From Cetorhinus maximus (Eukaryota): a DNA stretch of 64,000 bases. The DNA lies in NCBI RefSeq assembly GCF_964194155.1, contig NC_135909.1:11408001-11472000 (forward strand). The letters are read 5' to 3'. Of the stretch, positions 25,681-38,579 are shown piece by piece. The notes beneath the pieces were generated by a model, which was not told the DNA's origin, did no database searches, and saw only the letters and a list, made by a program, of their open reading frames with translations. Each line of letters begins with the position of its first letter. Positions within the stretch are counted from its first letter, which is position 1. The position numbers were made by a program, and so were the translations under genes.

Positions 25681-27879
25681 TTACTGTTAGTTAAACAGGT
25701 GACGGGCATTGATTATCCCACCTAAACAGAATAAAAAGATACAGCTGAAACACTTTGTGGGGAAGCTACTTGGAAGTCTGTAGCACTGAGGAGCTGTCTT
25801 GAAAATAAACCAGCTTGAACAAAAAGACCAGCCTGGATTAATTCTTCCACCACAACCACTTATTGTGAATAACAAAGGCCACAATCAGATCATCCATGAT
25901 CTTATTGAATGGCATCGAAGGCTAGGGTGGACAAATGGCTAACTCTTGCTCCTACTTCTTATGTTCTTATGTAGTGTGATGGAGGCAGGTTCAAACAATG
26001 TCTTCAAAAGAGATTTGGATTAACTGAAAAGGAAAAATGTGCAGGGCTACAGGAAAAGGTGGTGAAGTGGCACAAGATGAATATAATCAGCACAGACATG
26101 ACAGGCTGAATGGCCACCTCCTGGACTATGACCATTCTATGATTCTATGAATGAACTACCTGTCAATCTCTCTTACAGTATATGACTCTGAGTGGAATTA
26201 ACTCAGTCTGTCACTCTCTGTCACCAAATCAGAGTATGGAATTTACTTTGTCAGTCTCTTACAGTACAGGAAACAGCTAATGATTTTTGCTTGTATCCTT
26301 TTATCAGAAATAGATAGGCTCTACTGGTCTCAAAAGTACTCAAGGTGAAACACATCAACTACTCCTCCATCTACGCTCCAACTGAATGTCAGCCAACAAG
26401 AACATACCTTCACAGAAAGCGAGAGACCGACTTCCATGCCCAACATCCACCCTGATGCATAAGGACGCCTCATTTGTCAGTTTGTGTTTCTGGCCTTGTT
26501 TTTGTGAGCAACACCTGCAATAATTCACTGTCAAAATCATGTGGCTGCTGGGAGTCTTAAATAAAGACAGAAAATTCTGCAAATATGCAGCAGGTAGGCA
26601 GCATCTGTGGAGAGAGAAACAGAGTTCACATTTCAGGACAATCAGCCTGTAATAAAACACTTACTGACATCTGCTCATGGTGGCTGCAACTCCCACAATT
26701 CTGTGCCCGAGAAACCGCTGTATCCAATGCATTGACTTTCCCAGGCACAGAGTGTGCATATTCCCCAGGGTCGGCCCCAAGGCATTCTGATCCCAAACTT
26801 ATACCACTGCCACTTGTCTACCCACTCCACCAATCTGCCTATATCCTGTCTATATCTTTGGCTCTGAAGAAGGGTCATACAGAATTGAAAAGTTAACTCT
26901 GTTTCTCACTCCACAGATTATGATGTCAGAACTGAGTTTTTCCAGCATTTTCTGTTTTTACGCTTATATCCAGTTGAAGTTTAACACTATCTTCCTCACT
27001 GTTCATAATACCTCCAACTTTCATGAACTCTGCAAATTTTGAAATGATGCTCTGTACACCAAGGTCTAGGACATTCATTTATATCAGGAAGAGCAGGGTC
27101 CTCACACCGACCCCTGGGGAACTCCGCTTTAAACCTTCCTCCAGTCTGAAAAACAACCATTCACCACTACCCTCTGTTTCCTGTCACTCAGCCAATCCCA
27201 TATCCATGTTGCTCTGTCCCTTTTATTCCATGAGCTGTAACTTTGTTGACAAGTCTGTTGTGTGAGACTTTATCAAATGCCTTTTGGAAATCCATGTAAA
27301 CCACATGAACAGCATCACCCTCCCCAACCCTCTTTGTTACCGCATCAAAGACTCGGTGCAAACGGGAGAATCTGGGAAGCGGCGGTGAGGATGGGGGAGG
27401 CGCTGCACCATCGGCTTCACGGCGCCGACCCGCTCCCCGTCCCCGCGGCGGCGGCGCTGAGAGTTGGTGTTAATGAGGCGACGATCACCCACATTCAGCT
27501 TCCTGGTGCTGCACTGCGCATGCTCCGCGCAGCAGGCGTTTTCCGCTGGCGGGGCCTTCCCGCAGCTGCGCAGTGAGACCCTTCAGATGGAGATAGGGCG
27601 TATTCCCAGACGCGTGGAATCCTGGGTTATATTGTTCACCATTTCAAAAATAATATTAGCGAAGTCGGTGATATTTGGACTCATAGCATCTGTGCCACCT
27701 CTTTCAGACCGAATCAGTCCAACTCCTCTGCTTGCACTGAAAATATCTTCATTTCTGCATTTGTCCAATTCCCTTTTAAAATTTACTTTTGAATCTGATT
27801 GAACCAGTCTTTCAGGCAACACATTCCGGATCACAGCAATTTGCTGCTGAGAGAAAAAATAATACGTTCACACACAGCA

Positions 27880-28680
27880 TCTTTACTTTTTTATATATCA
27901 TGATTCTCACACTTTCCAGCACTTGGTCCATAGTCTTGTAGGTTATGGCACTTGAGGAGCATATGCAGGCACCTTTTCAATCAGTTGACAGTTTCTGCCC
28001 CTGATACAAGTTCAGACAGTGAGTTCCAGACCCTGGTTAACCTCTGAGTGAAAATGACATCCACAGCTCCTCTCCAATCTTTCTACGAATCACTTTAAAT
28101 CTGTACACCCTGGTCTCTGACCTCTTTGAGAAGGTAAATAGGCCCTGCCCATTTGCTCTATTCAGGCCCCTCACAATTATGTACATCTCAATCAAATCTC
28201 CTTTCAGCCTCCTCTGTTCCATGGAGAACTACTGCAGCCTACCTGACATATCCTCATTGCTGCATTTTTCCAGTACTGGCAACATCCCAATAAATCTCCT
28301 CTGTATTCTCTCCAGAGCAATTACATCCTTTTTGTAATAAGATGACCAGAAGGCACACGGTACTCAAGTTGTGGCCTAATGATTTATACAGTTCCTGCAT
28401 TACCCGCCCTCCCCCCACTCTTTTATTCTATAGTCAGCGAATAAGGGAAATGATTCCACATGCCCTCTGAACCACCTTATCGACCTCTGCTGGTATCTTC
28501 AAGGAGCTGTGGACATTCACTTTAACACCATCACTTCCTCTACAACTCTGAGCATTCTCCCATTAACAGTATAGTTTATTTTTCTTTGCCTTGTTTGACT
28601 TCCCTAAGTGAATCACCTCACACTTAACCAGGTAGAATTCCAGTTGGCACATTTTTGCGCACCTGACCAGTCCATTGCTA
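27880..28680 (-). mobile_element. CR1-type LINE 3' fragment
   Basis: MEQRRLKGDLIEMYIIVRG C-terminal motif. Confidence 0.75.
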
Positions 28681-28994
28681 TGGGAGACTGTGCAACACAG
28701 AATGATTCATACTTTCCACACAATCCCACTCACTGAAAAGGAATTAATTCCAAACTCCCACAAAGTATGGGAAACTGAGTGCTGAATAATGCTGCCAAAG
28801 CTCACATAGAATACCAGAGACATTCAGATACAGAATTTATCCCATTTTCCCTAACAGTGATGAGAATTTATAAATACAGAATGATTCCCACATTGACGTT
28901 CTGTACCACTGACTGATACAGACTTAAGCCCACCCTCACATACAGTACCAAACATTGACCCATAGAGAAGGAATTCCACTCTCACAAACTGTCC

Positions 28995-29205
28995 AAAAAC
29001 AACAAAAATGGAATGACGCAGTAGGCTAGACAGCATCTGTGGAGAGAAAGACAGTTAACATTATGAATCAGTCTGACTCTTCTTCAGCTCTGAAGAACAG
29101 TCATACGGACACAAAACGTTAACCCTGTCTTTCTCTACGCAAATGCTGTCAGGCCAGCATTTTTTGTTTTCGTTTCAGATTTTTAGCATCCGCAGTATTT
29201 TGCCT
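28995..29205. repeat. Back-to-back inverted pair of Penelope terminal-repeat fragments
   Basis: cagcatctgtggagagaaagacagttaac...tcttcag|ctctgaaga...gttaaccctgtctttctctacgcaaatgctg. Confidence 0.75.
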
Positions 29206-30487
29206 TTATCTCACAAACTGTTCCACCGACTGAGATACAGAATGAATCCTACACTCAGAGGCACTACCTGTGACTGACAGATACAGGACAAATCTCGCTC
29301 ACATACAGTAACAGAGTTTGATGGATATGATATGTATCCCACAATCACAATCACGACCAGAGGCTAATTGATGCAATTTAGATTTGACAATTGTCCAGTT
29401 GTGGCAAATCACGATTTTCACATAGGAAATGGGAAATTCTAAACATAACACGAGGCATCTTAACACGACTGGGGGACATTATGAGACCAGGAAGAAAATA
29501 TTTACCCACAGAAAACGTCTTCAAAGATCAACAGGTAATATCTTCGGACAACAGGGAACACCTGATCAGGTCACATTTTACAGAATGGAGAAGAAAAAAA
29601 GTACAAGTGGCATCGTAGTTATACAGCCTGGAACAGATTTGCACGGCAGGGAAGTATTTTACACAACAGAGAATATGTCTCAACAGTTCCACAGCAGACA
29701 GCACAGTTCCACATCAGACAGGACAGAACTGCAGCAGAGAGCACAGTTCTATAGCAGAGTGCAGAGTTCTTTTCTTCTATTTGTGGAACGTGGACATCGA
29801 TGGCTCGGCCAGCATTTATTGCCCAACCTTAATTGCCCTTGTTCCAAAGGCATTTAAGAGTCAAACACATTGCTGTGGGTCTGGAGTCAAATGTAGGCCA
29901 GATAAGTTAAGGGCGGCAGATTTCCTTCCCTACAGAACATTAATGAACCAGATGGATACTTACGACAATCGACAATGGTTTCATGGTCATCATTAGAATT
30001 TTAATTCCAGATGTTTTATTGAATTCAAGTTCCACCATCTGCCGTGGTGGGATTCGAACTCAGCAGTGAACACAGTTCCAAGCAGACAGCAAAGTTGCAC
30101 AGCAGGGAAGATATTTAATAAAAAACGGGAAAGCACTTTAAACAGCGCAACACCTTTCAACAAGAGTACACATGCACAGGGAGCTAATTTAGGCAACAGA
30201 AAATTCCTTACGAATGTGGGGCATATTTATGCAAGAGAGAATGCGTGGTGATTCATAAATGGTGATTCACTCCATGCTCCTTTGCCTTCCTATCGTCGTG
30301 TGTGCGGACAGTCTCTTACTGCTCTTCTGTGTCGTCCTCTGTCTGTCTGTTACATTCTTGGGAGTGTTGCAAAGTGGAATTGTGTCGCCAGGGGGAGCCG
30401 CCGAATTCGTGAGCTCTTGTTCAACCACAAAACAGGAATGAATGTTGCGTTTGCGCAACAAGACGTAGCAGGAAATTATCAGCAAGT

Positions 30488-30559
30488 AGCAGAGTGGCGC
30501 AGCGGAAGCGTGCTGGGCCCATAACCCAGAGGTCGATGGATCGAAACCATTCTCTGCTA
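30488..30559 (+). tRNA. tRNA-iMet (CAT)
   Basis: 71/72 match to canonical initiator tRNA; the single C>T gives a G-U pair in the T stem; T-runs downstream. Confidence 0.95.
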
Positions 30560-31979
30560 TTTATGTTTTCATTAAAAGCAGAAAAAATATTTGGCCTCTC
30601 CCCACAAATATATCTGATATTTCTTTACCATCCACAGGAATTTTAATCGGCTGCTCGCTTCCAGTAACCACTTCAGTCTGCAACAAACCTCTGTCATGTT
30701 TTTTATTCACACAAGAACACAAACCGCAAATGCGGCAAACACACACAAGCCTAGATTTCCTCTCATCCCATTTCTCCCAAAGAGCTGACACAGGCATGAT
30801 GGTCCGAGTGGCCTTCTCTTGTTCTCTAACACGCTATGATTGCCTGAAGAGCAAAAGCTATTCCCTTAAATGGAAAAAATGTATATAATGAAGTTTATAT
30901 GTATAAGCTGCAGTATGTCCGATCTACCGGACACCCTGCAGTAATTCACCATGCTAAGGTGACAACAGTGTCCTCCCTTCGACATGTCCCATCGAGAGTA
31001 TCAGCATAGCAGAGACAGCATCACGTCAAAGACACAGTTAATCAATATTTGGACAGGTTCCTTCTTAATCGCTAACTCAAAACAAGGAATTCTGACCCCC
31101 AAATCATCATGAACCAAGAACGTGAAGTTTCATTCCCTCGGGCTTGCATTCTACATATTGTACTAAATAATTCTTTGAGTGTCTGTTTGTTTCCAGTCTT
31201 GTTTTATCTGTTAATCGCCGATCGAATTTTAACGAGTTCAGTTTATCGCTCATTCCCTCCTTATCGGACTTGCTTAAGGTGAAAACTGTAGCATGTGTGT
31301 GACCATTCTCCTCGAACTGAATGCCTGCCTCTAACATATTGCGAGGTTTTTAGACGTTCATTTACTGTCCGATTATTAATTAATTCTCCTTCGCTACTCG
31401 TTAGTGAATTTAGTAAACACCTTTTGTCTTGTGGTTCAGTCTGCAGGGTAGAGGGCAGGAGAGATTCAATGGCAAAAGAATTAGTGCTGCAAGGGTACAG
31501 GGAATGGTAAAGGAACAAGTAACAAAAACCAGAGATGAGTCTAAAGGAGTGTGAAGGGAGGAATGATGAACAGCTGCCATCCGAAAGCATAAACAAGAGA
31601 AAAATGAGATTAAAACCAAACGTGCAAAGAAAAAGGAACCAGAATGGGGAAGAGCTTACAGGCATAAGAATATTAGAGATAGGAGCAAGAGGATCCTTTC
31701 AGCCCCTCGAGTCTACTCTGCCATAAATAAGACCATGGCTGATCTGATTATGGCCTCAACTCCACTTTCCTGCCTGTCTCCCTCATTCCTTGATTTGCTT
31801 GTAAAATCTGTCTATTTCACTCTGGAATATATTCAATGATCCAGCCTCCGCTGCTCTCAGGGAAAGGGAATTCCAAAGACTAACAATCATCTGAGTGAAG
31901 AAATGCCTCCTCATCTCCATCTTGACTGGGAGATCCCTTATTTTTAAAACTCTGCCCTTCTAGTTCACACTGCAAGTGT

Positions 31980-32590
31980 AATTCTCAGCTCAATCAGGAT
32001 TGCTTAGAAAGGATCATTCTCTGCCATTTCTGCTGACTCCAGCATGATGCCACAACCAAACACATCTTCCCCTCACCCCACTGTCAGAATTCTGTGGGTA
32101 CCTTTCCCTCCGGGACAACCTGGTCCATTCCTCCATCACCCCCAAAACCTCAGCCTCCTCCCACGGCACCTTCCCATGCAAGCGCAGAAGGTGCAACACC
32201 TGCCCCTTTACCTCCGCCCTCCTCACCATCCAAAGGCCCAAACAATCCTTTCAGATGAAGGAGCGCTTCACTTGCACTTCCTTCAATTTGGGCAACTGCG
32301 TTCGCTGCTCCCATTACAGTCTCCTTTACATTGCAGAGACCAAACGTAGGCTGGGTGACCGCTTTGTGGAGCACCTTCAGTCTGTCCACAAGCATGACCC
32401 AGACCTTCCTGTCGCTTGCCATTTTAACATCCCATCCTGCCCTCATGCCCACATGTCCATCCTTGGCCTGCTGCAATGTTCCAGTGAAACCCAACACAAA
32501 CTGAAGGAGCAGCACCTCATCTTCCAAGTAGGCACTTTACAGCCTTCCAGACTTAACATTGAGTTCAGCAACTTCTGACCATGAACTCTC
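31980..32590 (+). mobile_element. Penelope-like element fragment, GIY-YIG endonuclease
   Basis: FTCTSFNL..CVRCSHYSLLYIAETKRRLGDRFVEHL...VACHFN...EQHLIF...LN. Confidence 0.9.
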
Positions 32591-33599
32591 TCCTGCAAGG
32601 GATTTGTTCTATCAGTCACTTTCTGGGATTGTAAGTGAATTTGCGACTCTTTCTGAATCTCTTAAAGGTGATGTGTGTGAACATACGAATTGGGAGCATG
32701 AAGAGACCACTCAGTCCCTCAAACCTGCTCGATATTCATGAAGATAATGGCTTATCTGGTTTTAGCCTCAACTCCAAATTCCATTCTACCCCCGATAACC
32801 TTTCACCCCTTTGCTTATCAAGCATCTATCTACTTTTGCCTTAAAACTATTTAACTACTGCATGTTACTTTGAGTGTGTATTTGACTCTTTATCAGCCAG
32901 TGCTATTGCATGTGAATGTGGAAATCATTCTGAATCTGAAATCTCTGGTATTGCATGGGAATGCAGCAATCAGTCTGCATCTGTTATTCTCTGGAGCTGT
33001 GTATGAGTTTGGCAGGCATTCGGATCTATCACTAGGATATATATATATATAAAGCTCTCGTACTGTGAGTGAATTGATATTCACTCTAGTTCAGTCAATT
33101 GCATTCTATGTCTGTGATGCTATGTCAGTGTGGGAATCATATGTGTCTTTCAGTTCCTCGTGCTTTTTGTGAGTATGGGATTAATTCTCTATCTGTCAGT
33201 GGGATTACTTCTCTATCTATAATTACCTGGTACTGTATGGAATTGTGGGATTCATTTATTGCTTTTCAGTCACGTGTGTGTGTGTCTGTGTGTGTGGTCT
33301 TCCATTTGTATCAGTCAGCACCAGATAGCATATGTGAGTCTTGGACTCTCTCTAAATCTATCAGTGGTACAATTGGCGTGTCATCAGCAGTGGTGGCTTG
33401 GTATTGCTGCTGATCGAGAGTAATACTCCGGGGTTTTGAATCTCACCACAATAAATGGTGAAACCTGCTCTGGTACCTAAACTTCATTGTGTTGTATGGC
33501 ACTTACACTGTGCTAAATGGGATATATTTCAAACAGGCCAATAACAATGTGCACGATTTTAAAATGGCAGCATGCCACTCAGTTCTATGAAACGAATAA

Positions 33600-36280
33600 A
33601 ACCGAATAAACCACTTAGCATCAACTGGAATCCCTGTCAATCCTTAATAACGTTTTGGCACTAGTCAAGCAACAGCCTCACATAGTCATACTCATGGGAA
33701 CATTACTGATAATCTCCCAGATACCACCACCACTGAAAGGACAGATCACCAGCAGATATAACAGTTGCCCTGGGAGTCCTCAAAATCGATTCCAGTCTCA
33801 CCGCATCTGGTCAACCATGGTCAAGGAAACCCCTTGCAGATTAAACATAGTGACGCCCACTATCCACTCTTCAGCTCATGAAGCAATACTCGTCCACGTT
33901 GAACACCACTTGGAGGACGCACTGAGGATGGCAAGGGCACAGAACGCAAGCTGGGTGGGTCCATCACCAAAAATATCCTTGTAGCACCACCGCAGACCGT
34001 GTCTGCAGCAGATGGTGAGGAGAAAAACATTGTTGAACTCATCCTCAACGACCTGCCTGTGGCAGATGTATCTGTCCATGGCAGGAGCGGTAGGAGTAAA
34101 CACCGCACAGTCCCTATGGAGATGAAGACACATCTTTACATCGAGGATACACTCCATTGTGTTGTGTGGCACTACCACCCTGCTAAATGGCATATATTTC
34201 AAACAGATCTAACACCTCTAGTCTTGGCATCCATGAGGTGCTGTGGGTCATCAGCTGCAGAATTGTAATTAGCCACAATCTGTAACCTCATGGCCCGGCA
34301 TATTCTCCACTCTACCCTTACCATCAAGTCAAGGGATCAACCCTGGTTTAATGAAGAGGGCAGGAGGGCATTCCAAGAACAGCACCAGACATAACTACAA
34401 CTGAGGTGTCAACCTGCTGAAGCCACAAAACAAGACTAATTTTGTGCCAAACAACTTAAGCAGCAAGTGGTAGTCCGAGTTGAGCAATTCCACAACCAAC
34501 GGGTCAGATCTAACTGTGCAGTCCTGCCACATTCAGTCATGAATGGAGGCTTCACAAATAGCCCCATTGTCAAAGTTTGAGGAGCCCGGCACATCAGTGC
34601 AAAAGATAAGGCTGAAGCATTCGCAACAACCTTCATGCAGATGTGCTGAGTGGCTGACCCATGTCGGCATCGTTCGGAGGTCCCCAGCATCACAGATGCC
34701 AATCTTCAGTTAATTTGATTCACTCCACATGATACGAAGAAACGTCTGAAGGCACTGGGCACTGAAAAGGCTATGAGCCCTGACAATATTCCAGCAATAG
34801 CACTGTAGGCATGTGATCCAGAACTTGCTGCGCCCCTGGCCAAGCTGTTCCAGTATGGCTACTACACTAGTATCTATCCAGCGATGTTGATAGTTGCCCA
34901 GGCCTGTCCTCTATAAAAAAAGCAAGACAGATCCAACCTGGCCAATTACTGCCCCATCAGTCTACTCTCGATCATTACTAAGATGATAGAATGGGTCATC
35001 AACAGTGCTAACAAGTGGCACTGGCGCTCAATTTGGATTCCACCGGGGCCACTCAACTCCTGACTTCATTGCAACCTTGGTTCAAACATGAACAGAAGAA
35101 CTGAACTCCAAAGGGGAGGCGAGATGGATTGCCCTTGACATCAAGGCAGCATTTGACAGAGTGTGGCATCAAGGAGCCTTAGCAACACTGGAGTCAATGG
35201 GAATCAGGGGGAAAGCTCTCCGCTGGATGGAGTCATTTCTAGCACAAAGGAATGTGGTTGTGATCGTTGGAGATCAATCATCTGAGTCCCAGGATGTCAG
35301 TTATCCAGGGGAATATCCAAGGCCCAATCAACTTCATCTGCTTTAACAATGACTTTTGTCCATCAACTGTGGGAAATGGGCATATTTGCTGATGATTGCA
35401 CAATAGTCTGCACCATTCGCAACTCCTCAGCTACTGAAGCAGTCCATGTCCAAATACAGCAAGACCTGGACATTAACCAAATTTGGCCTGACAAGTGGAA
35501 ATTATCATTCGCACCAATGAAGATCCAGGCAACGACCATCTCCAACAAGAAAGAAACTAATCATCGCTCTTTGACATTCAATGGCATTGCCATTGCTGAA
35601 TTCCCAACTATCTACATCCTGGTGGTTACCATTGACCCGAAACTGAACTGGACTAGGCATATAGATACAGTGGCTACAAGCACAGGTCAGAGGCTAGGAA
35701 TCCTGCGGCAAGTAACAAACCTCCTGGCTCTCCAAAGCCTACCCACCATCTGTAAGGCACATGTCAAGAGTGTGATGGAATTCTCTCCACTTGCCAGGAT
35801 GATTGCAGCTCCAATCGCAGTCAAGCAGCTAGACACCACCCAAAACAAAGCAGCCCACTTGATTGGCAACCCATTCAAAAACATTCACTCCATCCACCAC
35901 CGATGCACAGTCGCAGCAGTGTGTACCATCTGCAAGATGCCCTTCAGAAATCACCATTCCTCCTGAAACAGCACCGTCCAAACCCACGACAACCAGTTTT
36001 TAGAAGGACGCAGCAGGCATATAGGAACCTGGAAATTTCCCTCGAAGCCACTCACCACCCTGACTTGGAAATATACCGCCATTCCTTCACAGTTTCTGGG
36101 TCAAAAACCTGAAATTCCTTCCCTTAACAGCACTGTGGGTGTACCTACACCACATGGACTGCAGCGGTTCAAGAAAGCAGCTCACCACCATCTACTCAAG
36201 GGAAACTAGGAATGGCTAATAAATGCTGGCCTAGCCAGCGATGCCCACATCCCATGAATGAATATCGGGAGAAAAAAAAA
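33600..36280 (+). mobile_element. CR1/L2-superfamily LINE, decayed APE-RT with 3' tail
   Basis: LDIKAAFDRVWHQG, FADDCTI, IDPKLNW motifs; tail aataaatgctggcctagccagcgatgcccacatcccatgaatgaat plus A-run; short tail copies at ~40150-40370, 40560-40710 and 46020-46125. Confidence 0.85.
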
Positions 36281-36825
36281 CAGCTGCCTCTTTCAGCATC
36301 TGGCACTGAACGTGTGTTGAGAATTATTGTCTATCTGTCAGTCACTGTCACTCAGTGTATGTGGCTGCGTATGGGATTCATTGTATAACGTTCAGTCTCT
36401 GGGATTGTTTACGTTTTGATTCATTCGATGCAAATTTTCAGCTCAGTTACAGACCACTGATGTGGTAGCTATTAAGCAAACAATATTTGTAAGTTATGGC
36501 CCAGTGTTAAATGGCTGTCACTGTGAACACATTTGTGAAAGATAATGTATCTTTCAACCTGCTACTCACTTGGGATGCGGGTGTAACTCAGGTTATACTG
36601 ATCGATTTGATCTGTAACACTGATTCTGATTCAGAGTGAGAATTTTGATATGGATGTAAAATGGAGATCAGTCTGTAACTGGCACAGTATTCTCAATCTG
36701 ACATTGAAAATTTAGGATTAGTATGAAAGTTACAGCTCAGTTCATACTCATCGAACTGATATTGTATCTTTTAGTGTCATAAAACTGGAATCAACGTTAC
36801 AATAACTCCATCTCCTGACAGTGAG

Positions 36826-36866
36826 CAGCCCTTTCAATGATCCTGTGAGTGGCTCTGAAAAGAGCC
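36826..36866 (-). terminator. Histone stem-loop (36851-36866) and HDE AAAGGGCTG
   Basis: GGCTCTTTTCAGAGCC on the minus strand. Confidence 0.95.
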
Positions 36867-36896
36867 TTTGGGTTATTAGATTAAAGAATGTCCGCT

Positions 36897-37334
<438 letters not shown>

Positions 37335-38148
37335 TCACATTCGCTTCTCTTATAGCTTCGGGAGGAATGGTGCTGCGGGCATTGCTGATTGGTCACTTTG
37401 TGCTGCGTCTCATAATGTTGTTCATATCACCAATCAGATATCTACTGAACTCACCAATCCGGAGACTCCACGGGCTGAGGGCGGAAAAAAACGGCGCCAA
37501 ATTTTGATATTTCAACCGATCTCTTTTCAAATTTTAAAAGCCCGCCAAATTTTTAAAAAGAAATGAAAAAGAACGGACTTCTTAGAACATAGTACGAATT
37601 GGAAGTTTTAAAAATACGCGTCCCTGATGGGACTATTTCACATTTTATCCCATGTTCCAAATCGCTTTTAGAATCCGTGATCCGGGGATCAATCTCGATC
37701 CTTTATGAAACCCGGTCAGCAGCCGCAGAAAGTCCCATTTACATCGTTCTGCAAACGGACGGTATATTGTAGATATTTATGACAGACAAAATTGAACATT
37801 TTTGCCAGTGTCGAGACTGAAGATTGCAGCACAACCGGGGCTGATAGGAAATGAACTGATCGATTATTCACGCATTTGCGTTCTCTACACTCTCTCGAAA
37901 ACCAGGGAAAGGGGTCGAATATTAACGCGTCTTAAAACAAAGCGCCGAGGGTAATCGGCAAGTCATTAATTGATGAGGCATTATTAACCTGACTCAATAA
38001 TTGAACGAGGGTTAAATCTACATTACCGAGAATCGCTGTGATTGAAACAAAAAGAAAATAACAATTAGATAATTCAAAATTCTTCACAGTAAAAATCATA
38101 AATTTAGAAGTGGAGCAATCGTATAGCTTTTTCAGAGAGATTGTGGGT

Positions 38149-38164
38149 GGCTCTTAAAAGAACC
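38149..38164 (-). terminator. Histone 3' stem-loop (one G-U pair)
   Basis: GGTTCTTTTAAGAGCC followed by ACCCA. Confidence 0.9.
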
Positions 38165-38201
38165 GTTGTGTTTCGGGTGTTTTTCAGTCGATTTTGGGGT
38201 T

Positions 38202-38579
38202 TTACTTGGAGCTGGTGTACTTGGTCACCGCCTTTGTCCCTTCCGACACGGCGTGCTTGGCCAGTTCCCCGGGCAGCAGCAGGCGCACGGCGGTCTGGAT
38301 CTCCCGGGAGCTGATGGTGCTGCGCTTGTTGTAATGGGCCAGGCGGGAAGCCTCACCCGCGATGCGCTCGAAAATATCGTTCACGAACGAGTTCATGATG
38401 CTCATGGCCTTGGAGGAGATGCCGGTGTCGGGGTGAACCTGCTTCATCACTTTGTAGATGTAGATGGAGTAACTCTCCTTCCTCGACTTTCGCCGCTTCT
38501 TGCCGCCCTTTCCTGCCGGTTTACTCACCGCTTTCTTGGCGCCCTTCTTAGCAACTGGTTTCTTCTTCTCTTCAACCAT
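38202..38579 (-). CDS. H2B: Histone H2B (125 aa)
   Basis: [12 protein letters not shown]...[23 protein letters not shown]...KYTSSK; TATA ~38632, octamer-like ATGCTAAT 38655-38662. Confidence 0.97.
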   Translation of the reverse strand: MVEEKKKPVAKKGAKKAVSKPAGKGGKKRRKSRKESYSIYIYKVMKQVHPDTGISSKAMSIMNSFVNDIFERIAGEASRLAHYNKRSTISSREIQTAVRLLLPGELAKHAVSEGTKAVTKYTSSK

